From Sulfolobales archaeon (lineage in GTDB: Archaea; Thermoproteota; Thermoprotei_A; Sulfolobales; AG1), in contig JAWBYA010000001.1 in NCBI GenBank assembly GCA_038867615.1, positions 384,001 to 448,000 of the forward strand: DNA of 64,000 nt, read 5' to 3'. Of this stretch, positions 50,571 through 58,498 are shown piece by piece. A model generated the notes under the pieces. The model searched no databases and was not told the DNA's origin. It saw nothing but the letters and a program-made list of their open reading frames with translations. A program made the position numbers and the translations under genes. Position 1 is the first letter of the stretch. Every line of letters starts with the position of its first letter.

Positions 50571-52578
50571 TAGCGTAGTCTCTATGGGGATAGATCTCTA
50601 TAGGGGGAGCCCGGCCTCGAGGCTTAGGGCGACATATGCTGTTTGCATTGTTAGGGGTGGGGAGGTTATATATGAGGCTACAGATCTCCCACTACCCAAG
50701 GTGATCAGGCTTGCCCTTGAGTATAAGCCTAACTACATAGTGATCGATAATCTCTACGAGCTTGCCAGGTCTAAGAGGGAGCTTTTGAAGGTACTCTCGT
50801 TATTCCCCTATGGGAGCCAGATACTCCTGGCGACTTTCAGCGATGCTGAGGGTTTCAAGGATCTCAGGGATATTGCTGCTGAGCACGGTATTCTTGAGAG
50901 TAGGAGGAAGCAGGATCCCCAGAGTACTGCCAGGATACTGGCTATGCTTGGTCAGAGGGGTGTGGGGCATCCTATAAGGGTTTGGGAGGAGAGGACTAAG
51001 GTTATAGTCTCTAAGGGGAGGTCTGGGAGGGCTGGGGGTAGTTCTGAGGATAGGTATCTCAGGGGTTTGAGAACCGCTGTTCTTAGGTATGTGAGGAGGA
51101 TTAGGGATGCTCTGGATAGTGCTAAGATTCCTTACCAGCTATCCTATAGAAAGGCTGAGGGCGGTCTTGACAGGGCTGTGTTTATAATAGATGCTCCTAA
51201 GGATAAGCTTGCTGGGATTGTGAGGAGTAAGAGGGGTAGGTATGTTACTGTGAGGGTTAGGCCTATTGCTAGGACTAGGGTTGTGATTTCCGAGAATATT
51301 GAGAGGAGGATGAGGCCTGTAATAGCTGGTGTGGATCCTGGGAGTGAGTATGGTGTTGCTGTGATAGATCTTGATGGGAGGGTTATAGCTACGGAGACTA
51401 TAAAGGGTGGCGATGTTTTACAGGCAATATCCTCTATACTTAGATACGGAACCCCGGTTCTTGTTGCTAGTGATAAGAAACCCGTGCCGGAGGCTGTTAG
51501 GAGGGTTGCTGCTGCCTTTAATGCCAAGCTTTACGAGCCTGACTATGTTGTTAGTGATCAGGAGAAGAGCTCTCTGGTAGCCTCCTCGGGATACCGGGTT
51601 GGGTCTGTGCATGAGAGGGATGCTCTTGCGGCTTGTCTCCTGGCTTATAAGGGCTATGTTAAGAAGTTTGAGCAGGTTGAGAGGATCCTGGAGTCCCTCG
51701 AGATCAAGATCCCTGTTTCGAGGGTTAAGGCCGAGGTGATCAAGGGTTCGAGCATAGCTTCAGCTATAGAGGCTGCTATCGAGGATGTGATCGGGAGCTT
51801 GGAGGAGGATCTGTATAGGGATACGAGTATTATTCAGAAGCTTGTTAGGGAGGCTATCGAGGATGAGGGTAAGATAAGGAATCTTGAGAGAAGGATCTCT
51901 GAGCTTCTCTCGGAGAGGCAGGTTCTTCTAGACAGGGTCAGGGGGCTTGAGGAGGAGCTTAGGAGGATCTCGAGTGAGTATGAGGCCTTCAGGAGGAGTG
52001 TTAGGGTTGAGGTTGAGAGGGAGAGGGCTGTGGCTTCCTTGATAGATAGGCTTAGGTCTTGTCAGGATTCCTATAGATCTCTTGAGGAGGCTCTTGGAGA
52101 GCTTAGAAGGAGTCTCGAGGATCTGAGGAGGATTATTCTTGAGTATGATGAGAGGGGGTATAGGAAGATCCAGAGGATCTATGCCCCGGTAGATGAGGAG
52201 GATCTCGAGGATATAGTTAAAAAAGGACCTATAGATGGGATCTATATCCTCTACACAGAAGACCCCGAGTCCCTGAAGAGACAGGATATAGAGTATATAA
52301 GGAGTAGGCTGAAGAGAATAGCCCTCATAGCACCGAGATGCCCATTCAAATACACAGGGGATAGGGAGGAGCATGTAGTATGTATAGAAACACCCCCTGA
52401 GCTGGTTGCCACTATCTCGAACAAATATGTGCTTATAGATAGACCAGCATTGGAGAAGATCAAGGGGTATTATAGAGAGCTCTACAACACAATACCAAAG
52501 AAGCCTGGAATGAGTGAGGAGGATCTGGAGAGGCTTATAATGGAGTACAGAGGATCTAAGCTCTCTTCTAAAGGATAG
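50560..52578 (+). CDS. DUF460-family protein (RNase H-like folds plus coiled coil)
   Basis: MGIDL.., IDNLYEL, GGSSEDRY, AGVDPG..GVAVIDLDG, HERDALAA, long coiled coil; follows RIO2. Confidence 0.8.
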   Translation: MGGDSVVSMGIDLYRGSPASRLRATYAVCIVRGGEVIYEATDLPLPKVIRLALEYKPNYIVIDNLYELARSKRELLKVLSLFPYGSQILLATFSDAEGFKDLRDIAAEHGILESRRKQDPQSTARILAMLGQRGVGHPIRVWEERTKVIVSKGRSGRAGGSSEDRYLRGLRTAVLRYVRRIRDALDSAKIPYQLSYRKAEGGLDRAVFIIDAPKDKLAGIVRSKRGRYVTVRVRPIARTRVVISENIERRMRPVIAGVDPGSEYGVAVIDLDGRVIATETIKGGDVLQAISSILRYGTPVLVASDKKPVPEAVRRVAAAFNAKLYEPDYVVSDQEKSSLVASSGYRVGSVHERDALAACLLAYKGYVKKFEQVERILESLEIKIPVSRVKAEVIKGSSIASAIEAAIEDVIGSLEEDLYRDTSIIQKLVREAIEDEGKIRNLERRISELLSERQVLLDRVRGLEEELRRISSEYEAFRRSVRVEVERERAVASLIDRLRSCQDSYRSLEEALGELRRSLEDLRRIILEYDERGYRKIQRIYAPVDEEDLEDIVKKGPIDGIYILYTEDPESLKRQDIEYIRSRLKRIALIAPRCPFKYTGDREEHVVCIETPPELVATISNKYVLIDRPALEKIKGYYRELYNTIPKKPGMSEEDLERLIMEYRGSKLSSKG

Positions 52579-52657
52579 CCAGGGCTGCTCCGATCAGCTT
52601 ATCGCCACAGGATCTTTAGGGCTATATGCCTCCGAGGGGAGATATAGTGGTGTTAGC

Positions 52658-53464
52658 TTGAAGGCCTTTGAGTTCATAAGAATAGATGATCTACCGCCCA
52701 AGCCTAGGGATAAGGCTATGACAGAGATTAGGGGTAGCTACTACGTTGTTGTAACACCCACGTATCTTGAGGAGCTGTTTAAGATCGCTGGCGACTATAT
52801 CGATATATTTAAATACGCTGGAGGCTCTATGAGGCTCCATCCGAGGGAGATAGTGTTGAGGATAAACAGGCTCTGCCACGATCACGGGATTCTTGTATCG
52901 ACAGGCGGCTTCACCGAGAAGGTTCTGACCCAGGGTGCTGATGCTTTTGATAAATACCTAGACGAGGCTTCATCTCTCGAGTTCGACGTTGTTGAGATCT
53001 CTTCTGGCTATATCGATATAGATAATGATGATAAGGTTGAGCTTGTCAAGGCTGTGAGGAGGGCTGGGCTTAGGTCCAAGCCCGAGGTCTCTCTTGTTAA
53101 GGGTGCTGGGGGTGCTCATGAGGAGTGGGAGACGGAGAGCATGCCGTATGATCATATGTTGAGGGATGTGGAGATCTATCTATCGGCTGGTGCGTGGAAG
53201 ATCATGGTTGAGTCTGAGGGTATAACGGAGAATGTAAGGAAGTGGAGGGTTGATGTTATTGAGGCTCTTGTTAAGAGGTTTGGGATTGAGAAGCTAATGT
53301 TCGAGGCTGCTGAGAGGCCTGTGTTTAGGTGGTATGTATATACCTTTGGTAGAGACGTGAACCTGTTTGTGGATCACACGCAGATTATAGAGCTGACGGC
53401 GCTTAGGACTGGTTTATGGGCTCCTAAGGAGCCCTGGGGAAGGGTTAAATATAGGAGGTCTTAG
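52658..53464 (+). CDS. Phosphosulfolactate synthase (ComA)-family protein, HSA32-like type
   Basis: KPRDKAMTEIRG, IFKYAGGS, TGGFTE, EISSG, KPEV, ESEGITE, FEAA, NLFVDH. Confidence 0.8.
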   Translation: MKAFEFIRIDDLPPKPRDKAMTEIRGSYYVVVTPTYLEELFKIAGDYIDIFKYAGGSMRLHPREIVLRINRLCHDHGILVSTGGFTEKVLTQGADAFDKYLDEASSLEFDVVEISSGYIDIDNDDKVELVKAVRRAGLRSKPEVSLVKGAGGAHEEWETESMPYDHMLRDVEIYLSAGAWKIMVESEGITENVRKWRVDVIEALVKRFGIEKLMFEAAERPVFRWYVYTFGRDVNLFVDHTQIIELTALRTGLWAPKEPWGRVKYRRS

Positions 53465-53473
53465 TTTTCATGG

Positions 53474-54370
53474 TCATGCTGGTCTTGGCTCCATAGCTTT
53501 TTCTCCCCTCTCTTGCCGTTCGCTGGGCTGCGTCTTGTTCTTTATACGTGCTAGTGTTTCTCTTATCCTCTTCTCGGCTGTTTTTACGTATTGCTCGTCT
53601 ATTTCGAAGCCTATGTATTTTATGCCGAGTTTTATTGCTGCTATTGCTGTGTTTCCTATGCCTATGAATGGGTCTAGGACTAGTTTTGTTCTCTCTAATC
53701 CGTGGAGTTTTATGCACATTTCGGGTAGTTTTGGTGGGAATGGTGAGGGGTGGGGTCTTTCTTCTCTAGATCTTATTGTTTCGTATGGTATGAACCACAC
53801 GTTACCCCTGTCTCTTAGATCTCTTGTTGCTGATTTCCACCTGCCTATGTTGCTTTTATCCTGGTAGGGGACTCCTATTGCTGTTTTATCAAGCTCTACA
53901 TCGCCGTTTTTTGTGAAGTGGAATATATATTCGTGGTTTATGGCTAGGTATTTCTTGCTATTCACAGGCTTATAATGACCGACAGCTATGTCGCCCCTTA
54001 TGTTTGGGTAATCCCCCACATCTTTCTTCTCGATCGCTATTGATTTGACCCAGTGGATCACGTTCTGGAGGACGAAGTATTTTCTAAAGACAAAGGCAAC
54101 CTCCCAAGCAACCCAGGGATCCCTATAGCTATACCCCATGTTGAGGAAAAGAGAACCCTGATCCGAGAGAACCCTTCTAAGCTCAGCAGCAACCCTATCC
54201 ATCCAGGCTAGATACTCATGCCTAGGTATACTATCATTATAAACACCATACCTCACACCAAGATTATAAGGCGGCGATGTAACAATAACATCAACCTCAC
54301 CATCATCCAAACACCTCCTCATACCAACAAGACTATCCATAACATAGATCCTATTAACCTCACACCTCAA
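53474..54370 (-). CDS. Solitary beta-class amino-DNA methyltransferase (probably N4-cytosine)
   Basis: Motif IV TSPPY before the target-recognition region, HPSPFP, and C-terminal motif [11 protein letters not shown]. Confidence 0.9.
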   Translation of the reverse strand: MRCEVNRIYVMDSLVGMRRCLDDGEVDVIVTSPPYNLGVRYGVYNDSIPRHEYLAWMDRVAAELRRVLSDQGSLFLNMGYSYRDPWVAWEVAFVFRKYFVLQNVIHWVKSIAIEKKDVGDYPNIRGDIAVGHYKPVNSKKYLAINHEYIFHFTKNGDVELDKTAIGVPYQDKSNIGRWKSATRDLRDRGNVWFIPYETIRSREERPHPSPFPPKLPEMCIKLHGLERTKLVLDPFIGIGNTAIAAIKLGIKYIGFEIDEQYVKTAEKRIRETLARIKNKTQPSERQERGEKAMEPRPA

Positions 54371-54455
54371 ACACCACCACCCCTACACCCAACACAGCCC
54401 CCGATCCCACTAGTAAATAAGCCCCACCATTCTAATAACCACCAAGGAGAACACC

Positions 54456-54989
54456 TTGACACACCGAGATCTAGCTATTAGCAACACCGTACGCAGAGTT
54501 GCTAATATCCTGTCCTCGCTGGGTCTAAGGATCTTTGTTATTGGCGCTAGAGGTATCATGATCCACGGTGTGGATCTTGGTAGAGAAACTAGGGATTGGG
54601 ATTTAGCAATAGATCGGTATCCCACACTCGAGCTTAGAGATAAGATCACTGAGATCCTGAGAGGCTCCGGTTATAAGGTGCAGTGGAGGAAATGGGGTTT
54701 TCTTGTCGAGGATGATATACATATAGATATCAACTATGCTCCTCTCACGCTTGATGAGGAATTCATAGCAAGATCTACAGAGTTAGAGCAAGGAATATTA
54801 TTACCCTCCCTCGAAGATATGGTGGTGATGAAGATAATGTCAGGGGAGAGAAAGGATCTAGACGATCTTAAAAAGATATTGAGCAGCAAGTGGCAGGAGC
54901 TCGACAAGCACTACCTCTATAGGAGAGCAAAACAGGCAGGGTTGGAGAGGGAGCTTGAGAAACTCGTCAGGAGGCTAAGGCTAGCATGA
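54456..54989 (+). CDS. Nucleotidyltransferase-like protein (AbiEii/DUF6036-like)
   Basis: VIGARG..HG...RETRDWDL, HIDI, EDMVVMKIMSGERKDLDD. Confidence 0.7.
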   Translation: MTHRDLAISNTVRRVANILSSLGLRIFVIGARGIMIHGVDLGRETRDWDLAIDRYPTLELRDKITEILRGSGYKVQWRKWGFLVEDDIHIDINYAPLTLDEEFIARSTELEQGILLPSLEDMVVMKIMSGERKDLDDLKKILSSKWQELDKHYLYRRAKQAGLERELEKLVRRLRLA

Positions 54990-55261
54990 GCAGTACGATA
55001 CGCCTTGTTCCCGGAATAGCGATCCCTGTTTCCATGTCCTTTCTCCTCGAGCTCTGCGAGCCTGTAAGATATACTAAAAAAGCTATTGAGGCAGGACATC
55101 TCCTAAAGATCGACTACCACCCTCCATATATCCAGTTCTCGTGTAAAGATATCGATAGAGTTATTGAAGAGGCGAGGAAGAGAGGCTTAAGAATATATAA
55201 AGCTAAGAGATGGATCACAATAACAGATCAGATCTACAGAGTCAGAATATACTTACCCTAG
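54986..55261 (+). CDS. Hypothetical 91-aa basic protein translationally coupled to the NTase
   Basis: ATGA overlap with the upstream stop; C-terminal half weakly resembles a VOC/glyoxalase beta-alpha-beta unit. Confidence 0.6.
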   Translation: MSSTIRLVPGIAIPVSMSFLLELCEPVRYTKKAIEAGHLLKIDYHPPYIQFSCKDIDRVIEEARKRGLRIYKAKRWITITDQIYRVRIYLP

Positions 55262-55567
55262 TTTCCAATTTTATATTGTTCGATACCAACCACCCTCCTC
55301 TTGGCTTATTGGCCTTAGGATTCCTCCTTTCATTGAGACTCTATCTTTGGTCTCAACTCGTTTAGTGTGACCTCTATTCATGGCTTCTCCAAAATAGTAT
55401 AGCTGATCTTGGCTTCTTGCATCTCCTTAGATTAGATCCCGGATCGACTTATACGAACCTCTATGGAATCTGAGACAGCTAGCTGCGGCTAATCGTGCTA
55501 GATAGCTAGATATTAGGAGAAACGTGGGTTATTGCTGATGGGGGATGTTTTTAAATTTTAGAGTGAT

Positions 55568-56044
55568 ATGTTTAAATGTATGGGGTTGCTTAGGGATCTT
55601 GAGCTGTTGAAGAGTAGGCTTGAACTTGTTAGGGAGAGCTGTGTGAAGGCTGTATTGTTGTTTGGTTCTAGGGCTAGGGGTGAGCATGGGGAGAGGAGTG
55701 ATGCTGATCTTCTCGTTCTCCACGAGGGTTGTGGGATTAGTGATATCGTTATGAGGAGGAGGTATTTGTATAATGCTTTGAGGGAAGCGTTGGGAGAGGT
55801 GTTTGAGGATATCACTCTCATCGATATGGAGCTCGGGGATTTCCTCAAGCCTAGAGAGGTTAGCTCGCTGCTCTTGAACATATACTGGGATGCAGTTGTG
55901 GTTTACGATAAGACCGGGGCTATTGAGGATTTCTTGAAAAGGGTTAGGGGGAGGATAATGGAGAGCGGTCTAAAGAGGATCAGGGAGGGGAAGGGCTATT
56001 ACTGGGAGCTTCCAAAACCGATGGAGGAAGTCAGGATCCTATGA
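55568..56044 (+). CDS. Minimal nucleotidyltransferase (MNT) antitoxin
   Basis: LFGSRARGEHGERSDADLLV; ATGA overlap with the HEPN gene. Confidence 0.88.
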   Translation: MFKCMGLLRDLELLKSRLELVRESCVKAVLLFGSRARGEHGERSDADLLVLHEGCGISDIVMRRRYLYNALREALGEVFEDITLIDMELGDFLKPREVSSLLLNIYWDAVVVYDKTGAIEDFLKRVRGRIMESGLKRIREGKGYYWELPKPMEEVRIL

Positions 56045-56475
56045 GTTATAACCCCTTAGATGAAGCTAGGTATAGATATAGACTCGCCCTCGAGCATTTA
56101 AAAAGAGCTGAGAGGCTATTCTCCCTTGGCGACTGGGCTGGAACCGTTTCGGCATCACAGCTAGCGGTCGAGAATTTTGCTAAGACCATTATAGCTGTTT
56201 TTGAGATCCCAACATGGAGCCATGACCCTTCAGGACAGCTAAACAGGCTGATTGAGAGACTGCCTGCTGGAGCGAGAAGCGAAGCTAGGGAGCTTGCCAC
56301 ACTAGCAAGAGAACTTGCCCCAGAGCATGGCAGATCGAGCTATGGAGAGCCTTCTGCAGGACTATTACCAAGTGACATATATAAGGAGGAACACGCCTTA
56401 GATGCTCTTGAAAAATGTAGAAGGGCAAAAGTTATGACCGAGAGAATAATTGAAATGCTCAACATTAGATTTTGA
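56041..56475 (+). CDS. HEPN domain protein (MNT-HEPN module)
   Basis: A..HLKRAERL..GDW...SQLAVENFAK, PTWSHD, HGRSSYG. Confidence 0.85.
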   Translation: MSYNPLDEARYRYRLALEHLKRAERLFSLGDWAGTVSASQLAVENFAKTIIAVFEIPTWSHDPSGQLNRLIERLPAGARSEARELATLARELAPEHGRSSYGEPSAGLLPSDIYKEEHALDALEKCRRAKVMTERIIEMLNIRF

Positions 56476-56798
56476 AAAGGAGGAATGCTGAGTTACCAGT
56501 ATGAAAGAGTAGCTAGCCTTATACCGAACTTAATAGATAACAGTCTATTCCTAGTTTGCTAACCTGCTAGGTTGTTGAGGCTAAGGCTATTCTCGATCGA
56601 TGTTTTAGATGCTGCAAGGATGATGATTTCGAACTTCTATAGAATTAAGAAGATCTCCATAGTATCTTAGAGTTCTTCCGGAAGTGCGTTATGAATTCAA
56701 ACTATCTCTGTTTTAGACTAGCTATGAGGTGGGTTTCGGTTATAGGCGAGAATAAGGTAGTATTTATATGTTTACTATGGTAGTTGTTATAGAGTAGT

Positions 56799-57029
56799 AT
56801 GGGCAGGTATGTGACGGTCTCTATAAAGATCCCTAGGGAGGTTAAGGAGAAGCTCGAGTCACGCGGGATCAGGATTTCCGATATATTGAGGAGGGCTATT
56901 GAGGAGGAGGTTAGAAGGATAGAGCTTGAGGAGGTGGAGGCAAGGCTAGCTGGGCTTAAGGATCTGCTTCAAGGGTTTACTACGGAGTTTGTTGTGAGAT
57001 CCATTAGAGAGGATAGGGGCGCGTTATAA
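56799..57029 (+). CDS. RHH-type VapB-like antitoxin (no adjacent toxin)
   Basis: VTVSIKIPREVKEKL...ISDILRRAIEEEV RHH; C-terminal VRSIREDR typical of archaeal VapB. Confidence 0.75.
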   Translation: MGRYVTVSIKIPREVKEKLESRGIRISDILRRAIEEEVRRIELEEVEARLAGLKDLLQGFTTEFVVRSIREDRGAL

Positions 57030-57057
57030 AATTATGTGTTGTATGGTTGTATGGTTT

Positions 57058-58242
57058 CTATGCTGGTATTATTAGGTCTTCGAGTTCTTCTGGATAGTGT
57101 GTTATGAATTCGAAGCCGTCTTTTGTTACTACTATTGTGTCTGAGTGTCTGAATCCTCCTAGGTTTTCGACATAGATCCCTGGCTCTACTGTCATTACCA
57201 TGCCTTCCTCGAGTGTTCTGTTATCTCCTATGTCGAAGAATGGTGCTTCGTGGTATTCTAGGCCGATTCCGTGGCCTGTGTGGTGTCTCCAGTATTTCAT
57301 TAGGTCTTTTTCTTTGAAGAACCTCCTAACATTCCTATCGACATCGCTGCACTTTACTCCCGGCTTTATGCTTTCCAGCGCTACTCTTCTGGCTTCGAGC
57401 ATTAGTTTGAAGAACCTTCTCTGCTCTTCAGATGGTTCTCCAACGATCATTGTTCTCTCGAGCTCTGCTCCGTAACCACTTACAAGGGCTGTTGCTCCTG
57501 TTACTAGCACGTCTCCCTTCTTTATGATTGCGTGTATTGTGAGGGAGTGTGGGTAGTAGGAGTGCTTCCCAACCTGTCCCCTGAAGCCTGCCCTTGCTCC
57601 TGAGCTCCACCCGGCTGGTCTGTAGATCCCTTTGAGTGCTCTGGCCATAGCCATTGTGGCATCCATGCTTGCTTTGAGCGAGACCTCGTCTTCATATAGC
57701 CCTGGCCTTGTATATTCCTGGAGCAGTCTGTGGGCTAGCGAAGCCCACTTAGCACTCTCCCTCAGAAGCCTTATCTCCTCCTCGGATTTTACAAGCCTCA
57801 TATTCTCGATCAAATCCCTCTCATAGCTATAGCTAGCCTTAAGAACCTCGCTAAGCCTCGGACCCCTATAGCCATATATATGGGCATAGCCATCAACATC
57901 AAAACCTATTCTTTTACCCTCAAGCCCGAGCCCTCTCAGATAATCCGCTATAACAAGCATTGGGTGCTTCTCATCGGGATACTCATCATAGCTCAAAACC
58001 CTATCAGCGTATGAATATCTCTCAGCATGCTCCAACTCAAGCCTAGGGACTATAAGGATCTTCTCACCACTCGAGAGAATCACGGCAGCAATAGGCCTCT
58101 CAGTAGGTATGTGGAAGAAGTTAGTAACATAAGCTATATTAGCGGCCGAAACCAGGTAGAGGGCGTCGAGATTCCTCCTAGCCATCTCGGAAGTTATATT
58201 CAAAACCCTCCTCTCAACCTCCCTCTTAGATATAACAAGCAT
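57058..58242 (-). CDS. Xaa-Pro peptidase (M24 family)
   Basis: HHTGHGIGLEYHEAP, TVEPGIY, GGFRHSDT; start taken at ATG 58242. Confidence 0.9.
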   Translation of the reverse strand: MLVISKREVERRVLNITSEMARRNLDALYLVSAANIAYVTNFFHIPTERPIAAVILSSGEKILIVPRLELEHAERYSYADRVLSYDEYPDEKHPMLVIADYLRGLGLEGKRIGFDVDGYAHIYGYRGPRLSEVLKASYSYERDLIENMRLVKSEEEIRLLRESAKWASLAHRLLQEYTRPGLYEDEVSLKASMDATMAMARALKGIYRPAGWSSGARAGFRGQVGKHSYYPHSLTIHAIIKKGDVLVTGATALVSGYGAELERTMIVGEPSEEQRRFFKLMLEARRVALESIKPGVKCSDVDRNVRRFFKEKDLMKYWRHHTGHGIGLEYHEAPFFDIGDNRTLEEGMVMTVEPGIYVENLGGFRHSDTIVVTKDGFEFITHYPEELEDLIIPA

Positions 58243-58498
58243 ATAGACACCAATGATAATAATCAAAGCTATATATAAATCGCGGTTCCCATAGCGGGTA
58301 GGCATCTAATCACAGATCACTGGTTTTTAACCTATAGCAGTGTTGCTAGCCATCGCTATAAACGTAATATAGATAGTAAATATAATAAATTAGATATAAG
58401 AGCAGTAAATATAAGAGCCCTTTATCCCAGGTATAAGTGAGGTGGTATAGATTAGAGAGCAGATTATCCCTATAACTAGAGGTCTAGCCAGCTTCGTA

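Noticed and set aside
56480-56700. Possible degraded toxin gene between HEPN and the orphan antitoxin
   Set aside because: The frame is interrupted and no PIN or RelE motif is recognisable.
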